Origin: Candidatus Saccharimonadales bacterium
GTDB taxonomy: Bacteria; Patescibacteriota; Saccharimonadia; Saccharimonadales; JBBQYC01
Reading direction: 5' to 3'
DNA length: 64,000 nucleotides
Assembly: GCA_038209015.1 (NCBI GenBank)
Contig: JBBQYC010000001.1
Coordinates: forward strand, 18,974 to 82,973
Of the stretch, positions 36,227-46,035 are shown in pieces. The position numbers were made by a program, and so were the translations under genes. Below the pieces are notes generated by a model. It saw only the letters and a list, made by a program, of their open reading frames with translations, had not been told where the DNA came from and searched no databases. The stretch's first letter is position 1; each line of letters opens with the position of its first letter.

Positions 36227-36858
36227 TGTGCGCAAAAATTGTATTCGATTTCGACGGCACGCTCGCCGATAGTTTATCTGTGGCGCTTAGGGTATACAAC
36301 CAGTTGGCCGTACCGAAAAATCTACGGACAATCGACCTAGTTGAATGGCAAAAAGTACGAACCATGAGCGTACCGCAAGGGTTAAAGTATGTTGGAGTCC
36401 GCTCGTACCAATTACCCGGCTTATTATCAAAAGGTCGCCGCGAACTACAAGCACATGCTGGAGATATACGTTTGTTTGCAGGTATTAAGCCGCTTGCTAA
36501 GCAACTCGTAAAAGATGGTCACCAGTTGTACGTATTAAGTACCAACTCACGGATTGTCGTCCAGACAGTTCTGGAAAAAGAAGCGCTCGATACCATGTTT
36601 GATATCTTAAATAGCGCACCAGTGTTTGGAAAAGCTGCCGCGCTTAAAAAACTCATAAAACTGACGCATTCAGACCCAAACGACATATGGATGATTGGTG
36701 ATGAGCTTCGAGATGGCCAGGGGGCTCGTAAGGCCGGGGTAAAATTCATAGGCGTTAACTGGGGGTATCAACCAGCGCAAGTCCTGCACGCAGCATTGCC
36801 GGTTGCAATCGTTCAGAAGCCGGCTGAAATCAAGCAAATTATAGATTCATATGAGTGA
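36226..36858 (+). CDS. HAD-superfamily hydrolase (phosphoglycolate-phosphatase-like)
   Basis: VFDFDGTLADS motif I. ATGA-type overlap with argS. Confidence 0.7.
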   Translation: MCAKIVFDFDGTLADSLSVALRVYNQLAVPKNLRTIDLVEWQKVRTMSVPQGLKYVGVRSYQLPGLLSKGRRELQAHAGDIRLFAGIKPLAKQLVKDGHQLYVLSTNSRIVVQTVLEKEALDTMFDILNSAPVFGKAAALKKLIKLTHSDPNDIWMIGDELRDGQGARKAGVKFIGVNWGYQPAQVLHAALPVAIVQKPAEIKQIIDSYE

Positions 36859-37552
36859 TCAAATTACCGCGGTGCAAACCATGCTGCGGGAACACGCCGA
36901 CCCAAGCAGGCCTGATTTTTTGTCTAATTGGTTCAAAAACCGTCCAGGGTATCCGCCCGACGATTCGTTCCTCGGTGTGCGTGTGCCCGTCCAGCGTGCC
37001 ACTGCCAAGAAAAATTATCAGCGTATATCACTACACGATACGCAAAAACTGTTGCAAAGCGTATGGCATGAAGAGCGTCTGACGGCGCTGTTTATTCTGC
37101 TGCTGAAATACCAGAAATTCGACTTCAATCGTCAAACAATTTTTGATATGTATATGAGTAATCTACTGCACATAAATAACTGGGATTTGGTCGATTCCAG
37201 TGCGCCCGGGATTGTCGGCAGGCACTTATCTGGCTCACCATATAAAATGCGAGTTTTGAAAAAAATGGCCACATCGAGCCGGGTATGGGAACGGCGCATC
37301 GCAATAATTTCAACGCTGTATAACATAAAACAGGGGAGCGGAACGGAGACACTGGAACTTGCGGCACAATTAAGCGATGATACTGATGCTTATATTCACA
37401 AGGCTACTGGACGGATGCTACGTGAAATGGGCAAGCGTATAGATGAAGAGCTGTTGATCGACTATCTGAATCAGCACGCCGCATATATGCCAAGGACAAT
37501 GGTGCGATATGCAATAGAAAAGTTACCACCACAAGTCCGCTCACAGTACTAA
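36851..37552 (+). CDS. DNA alkylation repair enzyme (AlkD/AlkC-like HEAT-repeat glycosylase family)
   Basis: FLGVRVPVQR and NNWDLVDSSAP motifs characteristic of the family. Confidence 0.6.
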   Translation: MSDQITAVQTMLREHADPSRPDFLSNWFKNRPGYPPDDSFLGVRVPVQRATAKKNYQRISLHDTQKLLQSVWHEERLTALFILLLKYQKFDFNRQTIFDMYMSNLLHINNWDLVDSSAPGIVGRHLSGSPYKMRVLKKMATSSRVWERRIAIISTLYNIKQGSGTETLELAAQLSDDTDAYIHKATGRMLREMGKRIDEELLIDYLNQHAAYMPRTMVRYAIEKLPPQVRSQY

Positions 37553-37564
37553 AGAAGGAGTCAT

Positions 37565-38776
37565 ATGCTCAAAAGTACCCACGATAATATTCGACGAGTA
37601 GCCCAGAATATTGGCCTCACTGACAGCGACATTGATTTTTTATTGAGCATTGATAAAGAGCACATATTTGAAATTGAGTTAGAAAATGGAAAATCATATC
37701 CTGCATATCGGATGCAGCATAAAAACATCCATGGACCGTACAAAGGCGGAATACGGTTTCATCCTGACGTTAATGTAGATGAAGTCAGGGCGTTATCTAT
37801 ACTCATGTCCCTAAAAACGGCAGCAGTTGGGCTGCCGCTAGGAGGGGGGAAGGGCGGTGTCACCGTTGACCCTCGGCAGCTAAACCCTCATGAGTTAGAG
37901 GAATTATCCCGGGCATACGCTAGGCACCTTCACAAACATATTGGTCCAGATACTGACATTCCGGCACCGGATGTAAATACAGACAGCAAGATTATCGACT
38001 GGATGGTTGACGAGTTTGAGCAATTAACCGGTGATACTTCAGGCGCATCATTTACTGGAAAATCTCTCAAAAACAGAGGCAGTCAAGGTCGCGAAGCAGC
38101 TACCGGGAGGGGCGGCGTCTTAGCGCTGCGTGAAGTATTGAGCGATCAAATGCAGGACAATAGAAAAATGACCGTCGGCGTTCAAGGATTCGGCAATGTT
38201 GGACAATATTTCTGCCTGCTACTGCAGCAGTTGCTGCCCAATAGTGTTGTTGTGGCTGTTACTGACAGTTCAGGCGGAGTCTACAATCCCAACGGGTTGA
38301 ATCTAACGGAGTTAATTGATTATAAGAATAATAGCGGGCGGCTAGCAGATTTTTCCTCTTTGCAGACAAAAAACATCACAGCAGAACAGATTGTTCCAGT
38401 AGAAGTAGATGTATTGGTTCTTGCGGCGCTAGGTGATGTCATTACGCCAGATAACGTACATACCGTTAAAGCTTCATATGTTCTGGAGCTGGCAAATGGC
38501 CCAGTACAAGAACCAGCCGAAGCAATATTGGCTGAAAAGAATATCTTTGTGATTCCAGATGTGCTCGCTAATGCCGGAGGGGTCATAGTCAGCTACTTAG
38601 AGTGGTTACAAAACAAGGAACGAAACCACTGGTCAAAAGCAGAGGTTGAGCAGAAGCTCGAATCTATTCTTGTGCCCCCGCTACGGGAGACGCTGCAATA
38701 TATGCGAACGCATTCAGTAACAATGCGTGAAGCCGCATTAGCTCGGGCAATGAAAAGCCTGTTAAAAGCACGTTAA
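37565..38776 (+). CDS. gdh: Glu/Leu/Phe/Val dehydrogenase family (glutamate dehydrogenase-like)
   Basis: KGGIRFHPDVNVDEVRALSILMSLKTAAVGLPLGGGKGGV signature. GFGNVG Rossmann motif. Confidence 0.85.
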   Translation: MLKSTHDNIRRVAQNIGLTDSDIDFLLSIDKEHIFEIELENGKSYPAYRMQHKNIHGPYKGGIRFHPDVNVDEVRALSILMSLKTAAVGLPLGGGKGGVTVDPRQLNPHELEELSRAYARHLHKHIGPDTDIPAPDVNTDSKIIDWMVDEFEQLTGDTSGASFTGKSLKNRGSQGREAATGRGGVLALREVLSDQMQDNRKMTVGVQGFGNVGQYFCLLLQQLLPNSVVVAVTDSSGGVYNPNGLNLTELIDYKNNSGRLADFSSLQTKNITAEQIVPVEVDVLVLAALGDVITPDNVHTVKASYVLELANGPVQEPAEAILAEKNIFVIPDVLANAGGVIVSYLEWLQNKERNHWSKAEVEQKLESILVPPLRETLQYMRTHSVTMREAALARAMKSLLKAR

Positions 38777-38819
38777 CACTAGGGCCCATGATAGAATAGA
38801 CGCATGAAGATGAGGGTTT

Positions 38820-39149
38820 ATGGCGCGTAGGGCAGTGAGTGGTTTTATAGAGTTTGTACGGACCCAGGGCGTTGTCGGACTGGCGGTTGGTTTGGCCATT
38901 GGAGCGGCTTCTGCGGAATTTGTAAAAAACATTGTCGCGAGTATTATCACGCCAATCGTAGACCTGCTAGTCGGTCCGGGAGGCTTGGATAATTTGACGT
39001 ACACAATGATGATCGGTGACCGTCGAGGAGTTTTCAATTTTGGTTTACTCATTGATAGTCTTTTGAAGTTTCTAGCTGTAGCATTCGTTATTTATTTTGT
39101 TGTCAAAGGCTTCCGCCTTGATAAGCTTGATAAGAAAAAGGATGCGTAA
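38820..39149 (+). CDS. mscL: large-conductance mechanosensitive channel
   Basis: FIEFVRTQGVVGLAVGLAIGAA...IITPIV typical of MscL. Confidence 0.85.
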   Translation: MARRAVSGFIEFVRTQGVVGLAVGLAIGAASAEFVKNIVASIITPIVDLLVGPGGLDNLTYTMMIGDRRGVFNFGLLIDSLLKFLAVAFVIYFVVKGFRLDKLDKKKDA

Positions 39150-39152
39150 TTC

Positions 39153-39548
39153 ATGCAATTAAGCGACACGCAGTGGCAAGATAAACTATCAGAAAAGCAA
39201 TATAGCGTTCTGCGCCAGAAGGCCACCGAACAACCTTTTACCGGTGATCTGCTTAAAGAAAAACGTTCCGGTATGTTTGTATGCGCGGGATGCGGGAGTG
39301 AATTATTTACAAGCCATACTAAGTTTGAAAGCGGGTCCGGCTGGCCTAGTTTCTACGATGTCGCAGAAACCGGTGCCGTGAAGCTTATCGATGATAAAAC
39401 GCTTGGAATGGTCCGAGTAGAAGCGGTGTGCGCATCGTGTGGAGGGCATTTAGGACATGTATTTGATGATGCTCACGACCAGCCGACAGGTAAACGCTAC
39501 TGTATAAATTCAGTCGCTTTAGAATTTAAGCCAGAGGATAAATCATAA
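39153..39548 (+). CDS. msrB: peptide-methionine (R)-S-oxide reductase
   Basis: Two CxxC pairs and GWPSF and HLGHVF motifs. Confidence 0.9.
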   Translation: MQLSDTQWQDKLSEKQYSVLRQKATEQPFTGDLLKEKRSGMFVCAGCGSELFTSHTKFESGSGWPSFYDVAETGAVKLIDDKTLGMVRVEAVCASCGGHLGHVFDDAHDQPTGKRYCINSVALEFKPEDKS

Positions 39549-39638
39549 TGAATCCTGTTAGAACCTATTCACTTTTGGTACAAGAACACCAATATGCCAC
39601 TATCGAATGTATGAATAAACTGGAAGGCTTCTAACGGG

Positions 39639-41165
39639 ATGGATGATATTCGAGATAGATTTCGAGCAAACGGAGCGCCAAGTACTGGTGGACGCCGTGA
39701 TTTTGTAGGACCTTTGCGGCCCGAACGACCCTTGCAGCCACAACGTACGCCACAGCCCGCGCCAACACCCAAGCCTCAGTCGAATGCGCCATCCTCATGG
39801 ATGCAGCAACCGAGTCAGTCGCAACCTGCCATGAGTCCGCGACCGCGACCACGTCCGATAGCTGCTCAGCCAAATCAGTTTGGACCAATCCCGCAGCGAT
39901 CGGCCGCAGCTCCTGCTGCCGCCAAAGCGCGTAAAGCGCGTAAAAAAAGTAGGAAGAAGCCAATCATAGCCGTACTAGCTTTGCTTGTTTTATTAGCCGG
40001 CGGCGGTGGCGCATACGCATTCCTTGGTCGCACACCTACTGAACAAGCATCTCAAACTCCTGTGGCCGATACGGCAGGCGCATCGACAGCTGCTGCGGAT
40101 TCTGAACCGCAATTACAGCAGGGCACAATCAGGCTGATGGCTACCGGAACATTCGCTGCCTATGATTCCATCCACCAGATGGCAAGAAAAGGTGACAAAT
40201 ATGACTATCTACCTTTGATGCAAAACATCAAACCCGCGTTAGATACTGCTGATATCAGCGTCTGCCATCAGGAGACGTTAGCCGGTGGGGCCGATAAGGG
40301 AGTGAGCGGATATCCTGAATTCAATGCTCCTTTCGAGTGGTCGGCTGCTATGGCGGGTATCGGCTGTAGCGTAATGAACGTTGCTTCACTAAACACCAAT
40401 GACAAGGGCCAGGCAGCCATAGACGCTGCATTAAAATATTTTGAGAGTCAACAGTCTATCGTAGCCGTTTCTGGAGCAAACCGAAGCCAAGACGAACAAG
40501 ATAAAATTCGCTACTTCGAAGTGAAAGGGCTGCAGTTCGCCTATCTTTCCTACACGACCCAATCACTGAAAGCTCCCGCAAACAAATACAGCGTTAATGT
40601 TTACAGTGAGCCACTCGCTAAGAAACATATTACTGAAGCTCAAAAAAATGCAGATTTTGTGATTGTGGGAATGACATGGGGTGAACCTGATAAAGCTGAA
40701 GTCACAGCTCAGCAGAATCAAATCGCAGCGTTTTTAGCCAAGCAAGATGTCGATTTGGTAATCGGGAATGGACCTCATATCTTGCAGCCGGCAAAAGTAT
40801 TAGATGGTACCGAAGGGCACCAAACGCTGGTATGGTTTAGTCTTGGAAATGCAGTCAACTCACAGCTACCGATGGAAAATCTTATTGGCGGTATCGCAGT
40901 TGTTGATATAGATATTCAGACTCAAGATATGTTAAATCCTGGGCTCCTGCCTGTCTACCAGCACTATGAGTGGACCGCAGCTGAAAAGGCTAACAGTAAG
41001 TTTGATGCCCGTAAAAACTTTAGCTTGTATATGCTGGATAAAGCCGCGGAAGTACTCGCAAAATCCCAAAACGGGACTACCGTTGAAGCCCAGAACAAGC
41101 GGGTGAATGACATTATCACTCGTGATGCACCTATTAATGTCTTAAGCTCCAAAGACCTCGAATAA
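39639..41165 (+). CDS. CapA/PGA_cap family protein with Pro-rich N-terminal region and TM anchor
   Basis: Alignment-level resemblance to CapA (LMATGTFAAYD; ADISVCHQE; CSVMNVASLNTND; RYFEVKGLQFAYLSYT). Confidence 0.6.
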   Translation: MDDIRDRFRANGAPSTGGRRDFVGPLRPERPLQPQRTPQPAPTPKPQSNAPSSWMQQPSQSQPAMSPRPRPRPIAAQPNQFGPIPQRSAAAPAAAKARKARKKSRKKPIIAVLALLVLLAGGGGAYAFLGRTPTEQASQTPVADTAGASTAAADSEPQLQQGTIRLMATGTFAAYDSIHQMARKGDKYDYLPLMQNIKPALDTADISVCHQETLAGGADKGVSGYPEFNAPFEWSAAMAGIGCSVMNVASLNTNDKGQAAIDAALKYFESQQSIVAVSGANRSQDEQDKIRYFEVKGLQFAYLSYTTQSLKAPANKYSVNVYSEPLAKKHITEAQKNADFVIVGMTWGEPDKAEVTAQQNQIAAFLAKQDVDLVIGNGPHILQPAKVLDGTEGHQTLVWFSLGNAVNSQLPMENLIGGIAVVDIDIQTQDMLNPGLLPVYQHYEWTAAEKANSKFDARKNFSLYMLDKAAEVLAKSQNGTTVEAQNKRVNDIITRDAPINVLSSKDLE

Positions 41166-41203
41166 TCTCTGCTTTATTCCAAGAAGTTATAGACGAGTAC
41201 TTT

Positions 41204-41965
41204 TTACCAAGGTTGAGAGGCGGGAACGACATCGAAAAATTCTTCGAGTGTTTCAATATGTTTTGTATGCATTTCGGTCGCTAAATCTTTACCGACATAC
41301 CGCCAGTGCCATGGTTCCGCGCGGTACCCTGTGATAGCTTGCTTGTCTGGAGTATACCGTTGAATATACCCATACTTGTGTGCGTTCTTTTGTAGCCATT
41401 TGTATGGTTCGGTTCCACCAAAGCAGTCCTCAATTCCGCAGCCACCACCACCGACATCAATACCAAGTCCTGTTTGGTGTTCACTGTGTCCCGGCCGAGC
41501 GCTTTGCGCATCTGCTGCAGCTTGGCCATATCGTTGCACTTCCGAGGCATATACAGCTTGTTGGGTTTGGTAGGAGCGGTACCCACTAAGCGGAATGATT
41601 TCCACATTCTCACTTCGAGCATCAGCTAATAGCTTAGTAAATGCTTTGGCGGCTTCGGTTCGCAGCTGCTGGCCACCACCTACATCAGTTAAGTCAGACG
41701 GTGCATATTCTACCGGTTGCAGCGGCTGAACCTTGCTGGCTATAACCCAAATACTATTCGGATCGTTCAACGAGTACTTTTTTTTATCAAATTCAGGTTC
41801 TGATGGCTGCTTCGAAGCAGGTTGTGGCGCTTGAGGCCTGCTGGTTAGCTCCGGTGAAAAAACACGGCTTGGGAAGGCAACCAGGGCTACCGCTACCAGC
41901 AAAGCTATGACGAGGAGGCCGATAATTCGCTTGTTCATACCTGAGCAGTATATACTAGGTGCCAA
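41204..41965 (-). CDS. D-alanyl-D-alanine carboxypeptidase, VanY/peptidase M15B family (secreted)
   Basis: SGYRSYQTQ, SEHQTGLGIDV and EPWHWRYVG motifs. The probable start is MNKRIIGLLV (~41938). Confidence 0.75.
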   Translation of the reverse strand: MAPSIYCSGMNKRIIGLLVIALLVAVALVAFPSRVFSPELTSRPQAPQPASKQPSEPEFDKKKYSLNDPNSIWVIASKVQPLQPVEYAPSDLTDVGGGQQLRTEAAKAFTKLLADARSENVEIIPLSGYRSYQTQQAVYASEVQRYGQAAADAQSARPGHSEHQTGLGIDVGGGGCGIEDCFGGTEPYKWLQKNAHKYGYIQRYTPDKQAITGYRAEPWHWRYVGKDLATEMHTKHIETLEEFFDVVPASQPW

Positions 41966-42528
41966 TGAGTAGTCCTAACAAGCACCAGTTGCCAACAAAA
42001 TTATTGTGGGTCGATTTAGAGATGACCGGTTTGGATTCGACAAAAGACGTGCTTTTAGAAATTGCCGCCGAAGTAACTGACTTCAATTTCAAAACCCTTG
42101 GCAGTTATGAGGCCCGAATAAAACAAAATAAAAAAACAGTACTCAGTCGTATGCAGGCCAATATTTGGTGGCGTGATTTTCCTGAAAACCGCGATGAGTT
42201 TGTCAATAAATTAGACGAAGGCAAGCCGCTACAGCAAGTCGAAGGAGAAATGATTCAGCTTGTTGAAGAGCATTTTAATGATGAGCACGCGGTGCTGGCA
42301 GGGAACTCTATCTATAATGACCGCAATTTTATTAAGTTTTGGATGCCTTCGCTAGACCTCAAGCTTCATTACCGAATGCTTGATGTGAGTGCTTGGAAAG
42401 TATTTATGCAAGGCCGCTACAACGAGGTTTTTGAGAAGCGTGAAGTACACCGCGCCTTCGATGATATTCAGGCATCAATAGCTGAACTCGAACATTACTT
42501 GGAGTATTTCAAGAAAAATGGATCATAA
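41959..42528 (+). CDS. orn: oligoribonuclease (DEDDh 3'-5' exonuclease)
   Basis: LLWVDLEMTGLD exo I motif and HRAFDDIQASI exo III motif. Confidence 0.85.
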   Translation: MPMSSPNKHQLPTKLLWVDLEMTGLDSTKDVLLEIAAEVTDFNFKTLGSYEARIKQNKKTVLSRMQANIWWRDFPENRDEFVNKLDEGKPLQQVEGEMIQLVEEHFNDEHAVLAGNSIYNDRNFIKFWMPSLDLKLHYRMLDVSAWKVFMQGRYNEVFEKREVHRAFDDIQASIAELEHYLEYFKKNGS

Positions 42529-42862
42529 AACTGTCGAAACGTTTTTGTTAAGTTTGCCGAACGCAAAGTTGGACTATCCATTCGGAGAAGGTGTAGCTGT
42601 TTATAAAATTGACGACAAAATGTTCGCCATTATTCAGGAGCAAAAAGAACCAGTCAATATTAGCCTGAAATGCGACCCGCAGTTAGCGGTAGTGTTACGT
42701 GATACATACGAAACGGTTATGGCGGGATATCATTTGAATAAAAAACATTGGAATACCATTGTGCTAACCGGACAACTGCCATGGGAAGAGGTGCAAGCGC
42801 TCATTCAGCATAGCTATAGTCTTGTTACGAACGATGGTGACCCAACACCTTTATTTGACTGA
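42518..42862 (+). CDS. MmcQ/YjbR family protein
   Basis: LDYPFGEGVAVYKIDDKMFAII N-terminal motif. Confidence 0.65.
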   Translation: MDHKTVETFLLSLPNAKLDYPFGEGVAVYKIDDKMFAIIQEQKEPVNISLKCDPQLAVVLRDTYETVMAGYHLNKKHWNTIVLTGQLPWEEVQALIQHSYSLVTNDGDPTPLFD

Positions 42863-43510
42863 TTCGGCTTCTTCTATTAGTACTTGAGCGCTATCGTACA
42901 TGCCACTGAGGATTTGTTTATTGTCAACGTTTTCTGAGCTCTTATGAACGCGCTGCAGACTCACCTGATATTCTTTTAATAGCGAAATAATAACTTCGGT
43001 AAATGCTTGGTCAAACTGGTTATTTTGAAGAGCGTTTTCCAAAATGGAATTGGTCGCCGGATTACTACCCCCTGACAGTGTCTTTTTATCGGATTTCATG
43101 CCCGCTTTTTGCGCAAGGTCTGCTAGCTTTGCACCATCGGATACCATCGTAAAATTGATTGTCGAGGCCAGATTCTTCGTAGCAGGGGAGGAGGCTTGTT
43201 TGATTCCGATTTCGCTAACTCTTTGTAGTTCAACCTGCTGCTGCTGCGTCTTGAGGATATCTTTTTTGACTTCATCCCCAAGGCTGGCTATAAAAGACGA
43301 TATGCCGCTGCCTACAATCACTAGGGTTATTATCCCTGCAACGACCAGGAGAATTCGTTTTTGTTTAGACATACCGCTACCTAGTGGCTGTTTTGGCTGC
43401 TTAGGATCATTTATAAAGTCATAAGGGTTAGCACCGCTTTTCATTGGCGGCGGTACATTCGGAGCTTGTTCCATAAGCATAAGCATACAGTTCTGGTAGC
43501 GTGCCGGCAA
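42851..43510 (-). CDS. hypothetical membrane-anchored protein
   Basis: Single TM (ILLVVAGIITLVIVG) after a basic N-terminus. Confidence 0.45.
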   Translation of the reverse strand: MPARYQNCMLMLMEQAPNVPPPMKSGANPYDFINDPKQPKQPLGSGMSKQKRILLVVAGIITLVIVGSGISSFIASLGDEVKKDILKTQQQQVELQRVSEIGIKQASSPATKNLASTINFTMVSDGAKLADLAQKAGMKSDKKTLSGGSNPATNSILENALQNNQFDQAFTEVIISLLKEYQVSLQRVHKSSENVDNKQILSGMYDSAQVLIEEAESVK

Positions 43511-43557
43511 TAGATAAATTTTGACAAACTATAATAAAAGTGTATTGTAATTTTATT

Positions 43558-43719
43558 ATGACAACATACGAACAGGATCCATATTTTCATCGTAACAGTG
43601 AAGATATTCAAGCCGAGCTCAGTGCTGAAGCAGCAGACAGGGCGGGTAAGTGGGATGAATTCATAGGCTACGCTGAAGGTAGTAATCCTACATACCTCAT
43701 CGAAAACTGGTACGAATAA
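43558..43719 (+). CDS. possible small acidic protein (53 aa; below the ORF-track cutoff)
   Basis: ATG..TAA frame found by reading. Candidate TTGACA ~35 nt upstream. No SD. Confidence 0.2.
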   Translation: MTTYEQDPYFHRNSEDIQAELSAEAADRAGKWDEFIGYAEGSNPTYLIENWYE

Positions 43720-43782
43720 AAATCGTAACCACAAGCAAGTAGTTATTACCTGATTAGCGTGGAACAGTTCAATTCAAGCTAG

Positions 43783-43811
43783 TTGACAAAAACACAATAA
43801 ACTGCTATTAT
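43783..43811 (+). promoter_or_regulatory. sigma-70-like promoter TTGACA-17-TATTAT for the 43868..45920 operon
   Basis: TTGACA 43783..43788, 17-nt spacer, TATTAT 43806..43811. Shares AAACTGCTAT(A/T)AT with the 17355 promoter. Confidence 0.5.
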
Positions 43812-43867
43812 TCATGTAAGTTTTAAAAACTAAAAAGTATAAAACAAAACAAAATCGGAAAGCAAAA

Positions 43868-44404
43868 ATGAGTGAAAAACTAAAGAACAAAATCATCGAT
43901 AGGTACCAAAAGAAGCGTACTGATAAAACTCGTGTTCACGATAAAGCATTAGCAGAAGACATGGCATACGCAGAAAAACCCTATCGTGACGCTGCGCTTG
44001 CTCAGAAAGAAATCGGTATGGCCGCAGTCGGGGAAGTGTGGTCCCGCTATCCGGACACTACAGGTACTGAGCGTGTGTCTGTTTCGGATGTTGCACAACG
44101 GACTGACCATAACGAGGACGACATAGCTCACGTCCTAACTAGGGGTAGTCGGAGTTTAGCACATGATTTGTATGTAAAAGCAGACAAGACTCACCCCTAT
44201 AGAAAGCTTAAAAAAGTACGTAACCAGGCCGCTGAAATCTTTTCAGTTGATCCTGATGATATGAGTATGAGTCAGGCGCAGCAAATCGGACACCATTTAG
44301 TAGATAAAGTCTCTCAAACAACCGTAGAATCAGGAATTAAAGCCGCAGAAATAGTCCAGCAGAGACAAGAACGAAGTGCCGAAAGCAGAGAAGAGAGGGT
44401 TTGA
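43868..44404 (+). CDS. hypothetical protein (178 aa)
   Basis: ORF. First of three overlapping genes. Confidence 0.5.
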   Translation: MSEKLKNKIIDRYQKKRTDKTRVHDKALAEDMAYAEKPYRDAALAQKEIGMAAVGEVWSRYPDTTGTERVSVSDVAQRTDHNEDDIAHVLTRGSRSLAHDLYVKADKTHPYRKLKKVRNQAAEIFSVDPDDMSMSQAQQIGHHLVDKVSQTTVESGIKAAEIVQQRQERSAESREERV

Positions 44405-44979
44405 AAATGAGTGAACAGTTAGTTACTAAATCGGAAAAGCAGAAGACCAATAAAGAAATTGCTCAGCAGATTGGTAGAATCACAGGTAAGTTAGTAGACC
44501 GCGCCCATAAGCTACCGGTTACCGAGTGGAATGGCAGCGATTTCCGTCAAGCCGAAGGGGCTGACGGCACCAAGATTACGTCGGTTAAACACGATCTTGC
44601 GCCTCGCACATTCGGCAAATCGACTGAACAGAAAATGTTATATATAGATGAGCTATTATCAGACAAAACCAGAAAAAAAACTTCTCTATCAACGACAGAA
44701 GAATTAGACGGTACGCACAGTATGTCCACTGTACGTAAATCTGAAGACTATGGAGACGTTACGCCACGAGTAGACGTATCGCGTCAAGTAACAGCGATGC
44801 CTGAGGCCGCTGAAAAAAATCAATTGCACAGTAGGCAGAGAGTTGAAATCAATAGCCAAGTTGTGAATGAAATAGATCAGATATCAACAAACAGCCCAGA
44901 ACATGTAGTTTCAGAGAGTGCCCAAATGTTGATGGAAGCCCGCAACCATATCGCTAAAGCAGAAGGACAGCAAAAATGA
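44401..44979 (+). CDS. hypothetical protein (192 aa)
   Basis: ATGA overlap. Confidence 0.5.
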   Translation: MKMSEQLVTKSEKQKTNKEIAQQIGRITGKLVDRAHKLPVTEWNGSDFRQAEGADGTKITSVKHDLAPRTFGKSTEQKMLYIDELLSDKTRKKTSLSTTEELDGTHSMSTVRKSEDYGDVTPRVDVSRQVTAMPEAAEKNQLHSRQRVEINSQVVNEIDQISTNSPEHVVSESAQMLMEARNHIAKAEGQQK

Positions 44980-45920
44980 GTAGGCATAACAACCATTCCC
45001 AGAATGAAGGCCCCATAACTCAAATAGCAGAGAAAATACCACACGCAGCGCTTGCGGCTGGAATTATTGCAACAGGATTAATGTCTCATGCAGATTCGCA
45101 TGAGACAGTGAATAAGTTTCAGGCGGAAGTCGAAGAAATAGCCGAGTCTGCTCTCAGTGAGTCACTGCGGGTTGTAGATAGTGCTGCACACAGCAAACTC
45201 TCCAATCACCAGATAGGGGAGCTTAGCGACAGGGGTCTGTTGATAGTAGACGGGGAAGACCTGCAAGATTTATCAGAAACTAAACATGCTGAGATGCTTT
45301 TTCTTCCAGGTGGTGGTAAATTCACCGGTACCATTGCAGGTACGGCGACGCTTGAAGAAGTTATCGCAGGTAATCACCGTGATGAATCTACTACTGGCAT
45401 TAAGTATGATAAAACAGCAGATAACAATGAACAGGATGCTACTGATCAACAGATAACACGCGATTTTGATTCAGTTATGGTTGTAGAATCAGACGACGGC
45501 GGACAGCTCGCGCTGATTGAAACCGGTTCTTCGACAGTGCAATTCATTGATGTCAACGAGCCTGCTTCTTGGAAGATTGGTGAAGATACGGTGGATGTGA
45601 TGCCACTTGCCCAAGTAAAAACACCGGGTATCAGTTTCGGTCCGCTGAATGACGTACTGTACCACTCTAGTATTGAGCGTGATACGCGCGTCCCAGACTT
45701 TGAAATATTCGATACAGATGAGAACGGCAAGACCGACATTGACCGACTATCCGCAGCAATCAAGGCAAATAGCGTACCCATAACGGGCATATTCGAACAG
45801 CCGAAAGGTACTATGATTGATGCCGAAGGCGCCAAACTCCCTACAGTGAAGCGATTTGTGCAGCTGAGCAGTACCGCAGAAACACCACAATACTTAGAAA
45901 TAAATACGCAAGTAACTTAG
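44976..45920 (+). CDS. hypothetical protein (314 aa), one predicted TM near the N-terminus
   Basis: ATGA overlap. IPHAALAAGIIATGLM hydrophobic segment. Confidence 0.5.
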   Translation: MSRHNNHSQNEGPITQIAEKIPHAALAAGIIATGLMSHADSHETVNKFQAEVEEIAESALSESLRVVDSAAHSKLSNHQIGELSDRGLLIVDGEDLQDLSETKHAEMLFLPGGGKFTGTIAGTATLEEVIAGNHRDESTTGIKYDKTADNNEQDATDQQITRDFDSVMVVESDDGGQLALIETGSSTVQFIDVNEPASWKIGEDTVDVMPLAQVKTPGISFGPLNDVLYHSSIERDTRVPDFEIFDTDENGKTDIDRLSAAIKANSVPITGIFEQPKGTMIDAEGAKLPTVKRFVQLSSTAETPQYLEINTQVT

Positions 45921-46035
45921 CGTATAGAGTCCAATGGTTTATTCAGCAGTCTGGCAGCCGTCGCACCAAAATTCAATTGCATAGATAAGCGTTAGTAAGT
46001 AGTAGGTAACAGAGTAGCGTACAATATCATCAGAT

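Noticed and set aside
39631-39963. 110-aa minus-strand ORF overlapping the start of the CapA-family gene
   Set aside because: It is antisense to the Pro-rich N-terminal region of a gene with family-level similarity. The composition is an artefact.
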